This document shows, in pieces, positions 35,301-44,500 of a stretch of 64,000 nucleotides of DNA (position 1 is the stretch's first letter; each line of letters opens with the position of its first letter). This DNA comes from Strigamia acuminata (taxonomy: Eukaryota), in NCBI GenBank assembly GCA_949358305.1, contig OX442314.1, positions 29,016,001-29,080,000 on the forward strand. The letters run 5' to 3'. The position numbers and the translations under genes are program-made. The notes below the pieces were generated by a model, which saw only the letters and a list, made by a program, of their open reading frames with translations, had not been told where the DNA came from and made no database searches.

Positions 35301-35404
35301 AAACGAAGCGTGTGCGGAAGAAACCGACAAGGATTTCTCCTCGACGCCCGGTTTTAGGTAAACGGCTGCGAAACAAGCCGTTGAGATTCCGTGATGACCA
35401 TTAA
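32360..35404 (+). CDS. pol: Gypsy-2 Pol, partial (RT, RNase H, integrase with GPY and basic tail)
   Basis: LDLTKGYYQ, RMPFGL, FLDD, HTDAS, ETDH, HDHPLSGH...CDRC, VDFMG/SDNG/TERVN, EGPY. The first 31 aa of the track ORF come from the adjacent repeat. Confidence 0.95.
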   Translation: MSKCELHDSQKVRLSYLIDEYSRTFSDKAGCHPDAEHKIPTGDSLPFKCRDRPMNPAKAEIFRQLVEESLSKGEVERCESSYKNPPVIVKKKCGNYRLCIDFRQLNKVTEKDVYQMPSISMILACLGGSTFFTTLDLTKGYYQIKLKPGDKCKTAFATPEGTFQFTRMPFGLCNAPSAFQRMMDEVLGEAKFKWALAFLDDIVIYSMSFDEHLMHLADVLARLEKVNLTASPSKSFVCPADWDFLGFTMTPIGYSPNGSKVQAIVEYPPPKNVKQLQRFIGMVGFYAPLLKDLNITSKPFFLLLKKDIAWSWSKECQDAFTTLKHQLANGIVLPLPDFARPFIIHTDASAGGLGAVLMQADDEEKVRPVAYASRTLQGAEANYSASELECLGVVWAVNKFKPYVEYSRFVVETDHMALKWLMSCENPSGRLARWAMKLQQEDFVIKYRKGVDNKVADALSRVSLDDDLTTSEALPGEANALLMSHSLLASGSADLTMSLDEIRAGQLADADCAILIRWLKMEKGDEASLSQLSPLMLQYKTDFMLASNGVLYINAPLKTDMFLENTEYGSGLKIVVPVSLHDRCLKVVHDHPLSGHGGVDVTTERLRRSFFWPGFRRSVRDYIARCDRCQRCKPVQRKPTGLLMPVSPMIGRFERLGVDFMGPKPMTRDRNRYILVIVDYATGWVEATAMRTAKISSVVPVLLRFFHNHGCPRFIVSDNGKQFISEVYNELCREAGVTPLRTSPYHPQTNYTERVNRNIKIMLQIFTSEHDQWDRCINGINFALRTAPSATTGLSPAMLTYLRELRPFWDSCGVALDAPFDPEQPYDTVRMLVSRMDVLLKAALKNKSLAKQKQKSYYDQHRSDDTFEVDDLVLLQTHPLSVKALRYAASLEDRFEGPYVVTKVISPLVYTVATPITLKCKGPVNIVNLRRYVPPESTPTWPVAEDEAETVPPVEVFEPAAEDPPPTPVAPPTGVTVVKRKTKRVRKKPTRISPRRPVLGKRLRNKPLRFRDDH

Positions 35405-35867
35405 CCGCGTTTTCACGTTTCCGTGGAACCACGTGTTGATGACTGAGTCGCTGAAGTGACGTCACGGCATCTCGCGGTGGACGCGTAGCCATGGCAACAA
35501 TAGAAACATCGTGGCCGCTATTTTTCAAGCAAGTTATTTTGCTGAAAAATTATTTCCAACACATGTGGACATCTGGTGGGACTGGTTTCCTGCAATAAAC
35601 CAATTTTGTTGTGCTATTTTTCTTATCTCACGTCCCCATGGAATATTTTTCGATGGAATATTGGGATTGCCCCAATAAAGGGGAGGAGGGGGAGCTAGGT
35701 CTCCAATCGCAGGGCAGGGGTCGGGTATTGTTTAATCCCAAAGGCACTTGGTCGAGGGTTTTCACATCCTGTTTCCCCATTCTGTGTTGAGTGTTTACAC
35801 TGTCAACATCAGTTTTTCCCTCTCGTTTGCGCCAAAATTTTTCGCCGAGAAGTTATCTTTCTTCGCA

Positions 35868-37853
35868 ATGAAGGTAAGACTGGTTCATTTTGGACTTTGT
35901 CCGTTCCTTTTTAACATCACTTGTTGACATCCGCTCATTCCTTGCCCCGCTCCCCTCATTCCGTCTCGAATTACGTTCATCGCAATGCAAGCGGCAGCTT
36001 CGGCCGCCGTTAGCGGGCGCGGATGCAGGTTGGGAGGTTTTCACAAAAACTGCACCGCATCTGAACTAAGTCACAGAAACACTTAGGGAGAAATCTCAAT
36101 TTGTGTTCTTGACTTAATTCTACAAACATTTGTGTGAGAAAAGCTTGGGTTTTCCTCGCTTTTCCGCACGGATCATGTTCGGGCGGCGATCAGTTTCACT
36201 TTTCGTTCGCCACCGCGATCATCATTTCTCCTTCTATTTTTCTTTTTTTTCCCTTTACCTTCTTGTATTTTTTTTATTGGGCGGTTTTATTTTTTTTTTT
36301 TTTTTCCTTTTCGAATTCCACTCGAATAGTTTTTCTTTTTTTCCCTCTAATTCTATCACCGTTTTCCCACACCTTTCGTTCGTTTAGCGGGATGCGGTGG
36401 CGAATCTTGTGAGGAACCAATGCCGTTTTTTATGGGTATCTGGGTCCCACAAAAATCTCGCACGTTACCAGTATAATACCCGGCTTGTGGTCAGACTTGG
36501 TGGAGACAGTCAGCTTAGCGACGCCCCTCCAGTCGTTGACCGCAGGTCGCAGAAACAATGCAGAAAGCGAGGAAGGGTCAACCGCGACGAGGGGGGATTA
36601 GTCCCTAATCCCTCGGCGGCGCGGTGTGATCTTCCGACCCCAACTTGTTCTTTATTTCCCTTTGCTTTTAGTTTTACTGTTTGTTGGGTTTCTTGCTTCT
36701 TTCTCCTTGATAGCTTGTTGTTTACGAGATATTACGGCAAGTGGGAGTTTATTCTTTTTCTCCTTCTGCTTCGCCATCTCAAGTCTTAAAAAATTTCAAA
36801 CATTTCTTCTGAGGATCAGGTCTTAATCTATCTAGCTTAGTTTCCCACTTTTCTAAATTTTCCCTTTCCTCCGTTTTTCGAGTTGTTTTTCAGCCAGCAG
36901 CGGCGCTCGGCCGGAACGGTTTCGACCATCCACCGATCACCTGTTGCTGGTGTTGAATTGGCTTTCATTATTATCTTCAATCACACTTGGGGTTTCTGGG
37001 AACCAAGATGGTGCGGATGATCGGCTCATTGCGGCACGTTGGCTCAGAACGTTCCGCCATGACAGTTGCGATCTCCGTAACGGCTGTGGTCCTATGATCC
37101 CCCCTAGTGGTCAGGAAGAAACGGCGGCGAGCAGTTTAAACACTCATCGCACTACCGCCGCATCTCACATCGAAAACATGCAACTGCTTCGCCAGTCGTG
37201 GTTTTTCGATGGGACGTTATCAGGCGTAACTTCGAAGCAAACTTCCGCTCGCTCGAAGACTCCGCCGATATTGCGAACCAGTGACGCAATGTGTTCTCAC
37301 GCATGCGCGCTGACCGGACGCTGGGAAGCAGGTTTTACCGCGCTCTCGCGTCACTTACCTCAACTCCACTGTTGCCAGCTGCTCCTTGAGTGATTTTTCT
37401 TTTACTTTAATTATTGGTATTAATTTTACTTTATTGATTTTGTTATAAAGACATTCGGGAGATCGCGAGGGTCGCAAGTGGGAGTGGTGGTGCATTTGCC
37501 CCATTTGCGTGGGCCAGTGCTGGATAGTCCAGCCGAATACGTGCGAGGCGCCGTGCCAGAACTGTTTGAGTTTCGGTCTCGTGCACTCCGCATTTCCGCT
37601 CCAGCGCTGGTTCCAACTGCACCAGTCTGTCCCGGGTGGTGATCGTTCTCGCCGGTCGGTGATATCGTGGGCGAGCACCCCGAACTGGGAGACACGTCTG
37701 GATACACTGGCTAACGCCGGTTTCTCCGTGATGCTCCCCCAGACGACTACACGCCCGTGGTGGACTTCGACAACCCGCTCCCAGGCCCTTCTCGAGCCGC
37801 CCAGCCGACGAGGTCTAGGCCCAGGACGCGTGGCGCGGCAGCGGCAGGCCTAG
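35868..37853 (+). CDS. Predicted spliced accessory gene of Gypsy-2, N-terminal part: 35868-35873, 36388-36625, 36894-37389, 37451-37853 (380 aa; Cys-rich segment)
   Basis: ATCAGTT initiator-like motif at 35808-35814; ATG AAG|GTAAGA donor; T-rich GT..AG introns; all three junctions keep the frame. Sites were picked by eye. Confidence 0.5.
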
Positions 37854-39442
37854 CGCAGCCCACCCCGAAACGCCAGCACGTCAACCAGCCAGGCAGCAAG
37901 TGGGGAGAGGTAGAGGCCGAGAAGCTGCGTGTTGCTATGGAGGACTGGCGAAAGCAAGTCCCCAACGCGACGCCGGACCAGGAGCGATACCAGTCCAAAC
38001 ACACGCGCAAACGAATTAAGGAGAATGCGAGGAAGGCGCGCGCCGCAGCAGCGCAGAGACAGGCACTGGCGGAGGCCGAGGCCGAGGCGCGCTTGATGCG
38101 GGACGACACCGCGTGGGATGAGAGTTCGCAGAGCTCAGGAGGAACCGTCGCCCAAGATGTATCTATGGAGACGGAGACGGTTTCCGACCACCCCGAACCA
38201 CCACCCACCGACTCGCAAGCCGTGGAGATGGAGCCGAGGCCGAGACGAGGCCCGATGACGCCAACTCCCATGGAAACATCGGACACCCAGCAGGCAAATA
38301 CGAGTATTGTGCCGCCGGTGGTGCCGACACCCGAGCCAGTGGCGAGACAACTGCATGTGAGCGGTCTAGAGGGTTTGTCTCTTGGTGGCCGCGAACAGCA
38401 GCGGTCCGTCGTACTGGAGCCAGCGACTAGCGGCGCATCACAGGGGAGTAGCGAGCCAGCGGCGGCCGCAACCCCCTTGAATCAGGGTACTGTGGCGATC
38501 CTCGAACCAGACCTCTGCAACCCGCTGCCAGGAATACGTTGGGAACCGCAAGGAACCCCGTACATTACACGAGAGGGCATCATCAGCGGAGTGCCACGCT
38601 TGGCCGCGGCATCCCCTGAGGTGATGAACCTCTGGTTAGCCGAACTCAACCGGTGGAGGAGCCTCCATGTTGCATTTGTGGATGCGTTCAGGAACGAGGC
38701 CCGAACGACAGCCGCTTTGGCCGTAATCCGGCTAAAGATGTACATGTCGCTCCAAATCCCGGCGACCGCGGCCGAAACATCACGGCTGCGCAGATGGGAT
38801 GAGATCGTGCGGGCGTTGAAGGCCTGCTTGGGCGAATCCGTGCAGAAGTGGTACATGCTTCTCCCTCCGCCCATGAGTGTACAGATGTGGCCGATTCGAC
38901 CTGTGGCCAAAGTCGACGTCACTCCCGCCGAGCTGGCGAACGAGGCAGAGGACATGGAAGCACTGCTCGAGCCGCTCTGGGGCGAGCAACCTTCGAGGAA
39001 ACCCCCTGCTACGATTGAGGAGTTCATGGAGACCCTCTCACCGGAGGTCGGTACCCCACAGGGTCAGATGACCCCGGAGTCTCAATCAGAAGAGGAAACG
39101 GAAGCAAGGGCGGACTCCGCCATGCTCCTCTCCTCCCCGTACGAAGATAGCAACGTTCCAGGTGACATCCCAAGGACGCCGGGCAGACCACGCCGTTCCC
39201 GGCGGAGGAAGGGAAAAAAGGCCGGGAAGTCCCGTACTTCTTCTTCGGCGTCAACGTCGTCTGCGGTAACGGAGGATGGAGCCAGGCTGGCTCCACTCCC
39301 CGAGCCGCGCATGGCAGTTAGGGAGGCAGAGAGTATCTCTCCGCCCCTTTTCGAGTCACAGGAGGTGATTGTCATCAGCGACGAGGTATCGCAAGATACT
39401 CCGCGCGTAGAGCAACCATCGAAGGATGCGCCAGGCCCCTGA
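37757..39442 (+). CDS. Gypsy-2 accessory ORF of unknown function (561 aa; frame open from 37715), probably the C-terminal part of the spliced gene
   Basis: Long GC-rich ORF inside the element; Pro/Ser/Glu-rich with helical segments and RRSRRRKGKK; no ATG at its start, no signal peptide or TM segment seen. Confidence 0.75.
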   Translation: MVDFDNPLPGPSRAAQPTRSRPRTRGAAAAGLAQPTPKRQHVNQPGSKWGEVEAEKLRVAMEDWRKQVPNATPDQERYQSKHTRKRIKENARKARAAAAQRQALAEAEAEARLMRDDTAWDESSQSSGGTVAQDVSMETETVSDHPEPPPTDSQAVEMEPRPRRGPMTPTPMETSDTQQANTSIVPPVVPTPEPVARQLHVSGLEGLSLGGREQQRSVVLEPATSGASQGSSEPAAAATPLNQGTVAILEPDLCNPLPGIRWEPQGTPYITREGIISGVPRLAAASPEVMNLWLAELNRWRSLHVAFVDAFRNEARTTAALAVIRLKMYMSLQIPATAAETSRLRRWDEIVRALKACLGESVQKWYMLLPPPMSVQMWPIRPVAKVDVTPAELANEAEDMEALLEPLWGEQPSRKPPATIEEFMETLSPEVGTPQGQMTPESQSEEETEARADSAMLLSSPYEDSNVPGDIPRTPGRPRRSRRRKGKKAGKSRTSSSASTSSAVTEDGARLAPLPEPRMAVREAESISPPLFESQEVIVISDEVSQDTPRVEQPSKDAPGP

Positions 39443-40171
39443 AGAGGCCGTGGTAGCTGCCTCGGTGGTGTGCTACTAATTGTACAAACGACGGACCATT
39501 TTGGTCCCGATCTTTTATTTGTTTCCCTAGGATCTTGCCGCAACCGGTGAAACATGGACGTCCGGCCGTGGAAGCGTTGCGCCTCGTGCGTCACCGACGC
39601 CGCACCACTCCAATAAGCGACCGGTGAAGGGGAAAAGCCATCTGAGGTTTCTCATCCGAGGACCTCCCGGCCCATGGATCTAGGTCAGGTCCCGGCTGGT
39701 ATTTTTGTAATATACGTTTTTTTTTTAAAGTTTTTTTTTCCCTTGACACAAATTGTTTAGCGTAAATTTTTTTTTATTTGAGAGGATTGACCAACCTCTC
39801 CCATCCTTGTTTGATTTACACGTTTTTCTTTAATATTCAATTGTCATTACTATTCTTTCATCCCGGGTCTGTTACGCTCAGACTCGGTGAATTGTTTTTA
39901 AATTTGTATGATTTTCAATAGTTGATTTTTGTTTTCGGCCAATCTAGGCTTGGGTGAGTTCCGTTGTCCCGTGTTGCTACCATCAGGGGCGGGCGGTGCT
40001 GCAGTCTCCGGACGAGTGACACCAACCGCTAGCCCGATGCATGACGGTACCGTTACTCTCGAACTGACGGCGCCAGTCCGCATTCGGCAAAGGAAGTCTC
40101 GTGTTGTGTTTGCCTCAGTTCGCATGGCCCCGTTGGTGTTGTGTGTGGCCCCTGTGTTCCTTACCTTTTTC

Positions 40172-40184
40172 GGAGAGGGGGAGA
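40172..40184 (+). promoter_or_regulatory. Polypurine tract of Gypsy-2
   Basis: GGAGAGGGGGAGA immediately before TGTGAC. Confidence 0.85.
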
Positions 40185-40770
40185 TGTGACCGTCAGGCCA
40201 CCTGGGGTGACCTACGTCACTGCCACACACCACCATACGGCCCCAAGATCACCCCCTGATTGGGCAAGGTGATCTAGCCCGGGGGAAGGAGGGAGCTAAG
40301 TGGTGTGGGGAGGAGTTGCAGAGAGAGAGAGTGCGGACACCGACCAGGCAGGTCGTGTGTTGACAGAGTTCCAGGGTGTTGTAGTAGACGAGGGGACAAG
40401 GCGTGTCCCGGCTGAGAGGACTCTGCACTCCTTCCCATTCACCACAGCGATGCTCAGTATCTGGGTTTTCCACCCAATACAGCCTCCATGAGTGGTCACT
40501 GCGGGCTGTAGGTAAGTACAGCATGAATGTAACGTTGAACCGACCACGTCACCCATTGGGCTCGCGCCCAGTGTGTGACGGGTCGGTTGCCGGTGCGGCG
40601 TGCCTTCGTGGCACCCCTGCAACGGGTAACGGGATTCCCCATACCCCTAGACAACACAATAAAGGCCAACCAACCAATATTGTAGGATTCCCCGTTATTT
40701 ACGTGAAGTATGCGTCCCTACCCAGTGTTATCAGTCCCCTGACTACACTGGCGAGACCATAGCAGTCACA
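40185..40770 (+). repeat. Gypsy-2 3' LTR (586 bp)
   Basis: TGTGAC...GTCACA termini, AATAAA at ~40658, sharp GC drop afterwards; partner LTR not in the window. Confidence 0.78.
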
Positions 40771-41556
40771 AACTTTATAAAAACAGTAAAGCTTACATTT
40801 ACACATGAATTTTTGGAACATTTACAATTCCTAAAGCCTTATTTTTTCCAGTGTCGCCAGCCAATAAAGTTAACGATTCAGATTGTGGACACTAACGCCC
40901 ACTATGTGTTTAGTGCGCGTACAACAAAATTGTGCTCTTGGTAGTTTGCCAATAACGGCAAACAACGCTAATAACAGGTTAACGTGTCATTTAATTCAGG
41001 TTAGTATTCTGATCAATTACTAATTACGGTTTTCATTGTTATCAATCAATGTCATCACAAAAAGTAATAAAATATTTTTAAAATCTGTGATTATAAATTA
41101 TTGTTCTGAAGGTGTGATGAAATATAAATGTCAAAAATGGTGTAGAGAGTTGAAAAAACACGACTGCTCAGCTCGCAAATGTAATGTACACTAGGGTGAC
41201 TCTTTTATTACCCTCTGAAAACATACAGTATATACAAAGAAGCTCCCATTGGAGCAAACACTCCTAACTTTATTGCCCCAGCCACATTCCAAAGTTGGGG
41301 GCTGAGGCCAAACTTGTGCAAATAGGAAATAAAATATAACATAATTAATTATTATCTAAATACTATAAAATAAAGATTAGTAATACTAAATATTATAAAG
41401 TTAAATCAAATCAAAACAAAATACAAATATTGAATATAATACTTAAAATAGATAACACAAAATAGAATGAAATAAAATACAATAAAATAACTCATTAAAG
41501 GGAAAGTGAAAGAAATTATAAAATGATGAAAATAACACGTGTAAAACGGTCAGTTT

Positions 41557-44500
41557 TCACAATCCCGCGGGCGAATTGGATGGAGTCACCTCCAAATTCA
41601 CAAGGCGTTGAATTGGGCGTCTCATTTTTGTACCATCCTTAGTAATGAGCTCGCAAGAGCGGATCTTTCCATCTCGACCCAATCCTACATCGGTCACTCG
41701 AGCTAACTTCCACTTCAATCGAGGTTTAAACAATTCTTCGATCGAAACGACGTCATTGACACGAATGTCCACTCTGTTAGCACGAGAGGATTGAGTTTTA
41801 AGTTCCACAAGGTATTCACGACTCCACCTCATCCAAAAAGCCATCAAAATTTTCTGACGGTGTTTCCACTGCTTAACAAATTCAATTTGGGTTGGTTGCA
41901 ATGTTGAATGAGCAGAGTCTGGTAGGGTGGTCAATCGTTTGCCGGTGAAAAAATGGGCTGGTGTGAGAGGAAGAGGCTCATCAGGTGTCTCATAAATGTA
42001 GGTTATAGGACGTGCATTTACTACGGCCTCAACTTGTGTGAGAAACGTCCCGAGTTGGAAGAAATTGAGCGAAGCTGGTCCAATAATTTTTTTCAAACAA
42101 TTTTTCACTGTCTTGACCATTCTCTCCCAAAATCCACCCCACCACGGGGCGTGTTCCACAATAAACTTCCAATTTATCCCCTTTTCAGAAAAATAGTTTC
42201 TCAGTTCATGGTCCTTAGATCCTATGAGAAGTGCAGCCAATTCTCGGTCCATCCGTCGGAACGTCGTGCCATTATCGCTGTAGATGGTGTGTGGAATCCC
42301 TCTACGGCTAATAAATCGTTCAAACGCGCCGATGAAATCCTCGGTGTTCAATGATGGCACTAATTCTAAATGCACGGCTCTAATGGTTGCGCAGGTAAAT
42401 AAAGCAATGTATGCCTTTGTCTTTTTTCCTCGGATGAGAATGGGTCCCGCAAAGTCCACTCCTGTCACGGCAAATGGTTGGCATCGTGAGATTCTGTCTG
42501 AGGGAAGTTGACCTGGGACTTCTGACATCAATTTTCCCTGCACACGTTTGCAAGTTACGCATTTGGCCAAAAGTGACTTCAAAGTCCTCCTAGCTGATGA
42601 AGTCCAATATTTCTCCCGAAAGTGGGCTAGTGTGGCTGTCAATCCGCAGTGGAGGACTCGCGAATGGCAAAAAAGCAAAATCAAATTAGTCAAAATGTCT
42701 TTTGGCGGCAAAACAATTGGTTTTATGCTTGTGTTGAAATCGTGTGAGTTTTGCAGTCTGGTTTTTAAGCGAAGTACGCCCTGTTGGTCCACAAACAAAT
42801 TCAAATTTCGTAGTTTGGATTCTGTTGGCAGGGGTTTTTGTTCGCTCAACCTCCTCATCTCCGCACCGTAAAATTGATGTTGGGCAGTGATGATCAAATC
42901 GAGTTGCGCCTGTTGTAATTCGTCTGCGGTCAGCGGGCCTTCTTGACGATTGTCTTTTTGCTTTCCACATCGAGTGTTGTGAATGAAACGGTTGATCCAT
43001 CCCCTAACTCGATACAGTTTCTGGAAAGAACCAAATTTTTTTATATCAATCTCGATGCAGTTTATCTGCGACGTTTCGACATGGACGGGTTCGGTCTGCT
43101 CGTCCTCGCTGTCTGCAAACTCTATCTCGTTGTTTGGCCATTCCGCCTCATCTCCCTTGAGCCACGTTGGTCCCTTCCACCAGAGTTGGTCGGCGATGAG
43201 TGCGTCGGCGTCCAAACCTCGGGTCAGTCGGTCTGCTGGGTTGTCTACGCCAGCAATGTGTCGCCACATTTCGATGTTGGACTTCTCTCGGATCTCGATG
43301 ACTCGGTTGTTGATGAATGTAGGCGCTCTTTTTCCCATATTGGTGATCCAGTGGAAGCAGATTTGTGAGTCTGTCCAGAAATGAATTGGTGGATTTCCCA
43401 TCAGTTCTCGAATTTGAGCTGCCATCTTAACTGCCACAATTGCACCCATAAGTTCTAATTTGGGCAATGTTAACTGCTTAACTGGAGCAACCCTGCTTTT
43501 AGAAAAAATAAAGAAAATATTGTTAGACACTTCTTCCTTCTTCTTTAAATATGCCACAGCGCCATATGCTTTTGGGCTTGCATCACAAAATATGTGGATT
43601 TCACAATTGTTTGGATTGCTGCCGTGCATGAATCTTGGGATTTCCATCCTTGCCAAATTGCTTATTTGGTTTGCCCACTTCTTCCAATTATCTTCGAGTT
43701 CTTCTGGCAGTTGCTCATCCCATGGTAGATTTCGCAGCCATAATGATTGAAAAAATATTCTTGCTGTGATCGTGAAGGGACTTGCAAATCCAAGTGGATC
43801 AAATATTTGCGCGGTAATTTTTATCACTTCTCTTTTAGTGACTTGTTTGGTTTTTTGGTTTGTTGTGTTTTCCACATCCAATCCTAAGGTGTCCATTTTG
43901 GGTTTCCATTTCAGACCAAGTATCTTTGTGTTGTCGTCATCGGTTAGCTGGGCGTCGGACGGGATTTCTCGTCGAAATAATTTTCTCAAGTTGTCGGAAT
44001 TTGATTGCCATTTGATGAGTTGCATTCCCGCGCTGTCTAACATCCGTCTTGATTGCTGAAAAACCTCAATTGCTTCCATTTCATTAATCAGTGATGTGAT
44101 GAAGTCATCCATATAAAGAAATTTATTCAAAAGCTCAAATGCTAATGGATACTCGTGCTTGAACTTCTGGATGTGATGCTTTATGGTGGCGCTGAGCAAA
44201 AATGGGCTGGGCGCCGCTCTGAAAAGCACACGTGTTTGGCGCAATATACGAATTACTGCCTTGCCAATACCATCCCAGCTGTCCTCAATCCACAGAAAGC
44301 GAGTGGCATCTCTGTCCTTTTCTGCGATTTCGATCATGTAAAAAGCCTTCCTGATGTCGCTCACCATGGCAACCTCATGCAGTCTAAATCCTAACAGTAC
44401 AAAGATTATAGACGGCAGAAAATTAGTACCCTTTGAAAGACAATCATTTAGTGAGAGTTGGCCTCTTTTGTGGCTGGATGCGTCAAATACGATGCGTAGC

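Larger units (their letters stand above)
32357..40770 (+). mobile_element. 5'-truncated or interrupted Ty3/Gypsy element (Gypsy-2) with a 4.8-kb region between pol and the 3' LTR
   Basis: RT-RH-IN ORF starts abruptly at TTAA; PPT followed by a TGTGAC...GTCACA LTR; no gag, protease or 5' LTR in the window. Confidence 0.88.

Noticed and set aside
37757..39442. env gene
   Set aside because: No signal peptide, transmembrane anchor or Cys-rich ectodomain seen; the composition looks intracellular and partly disordered.
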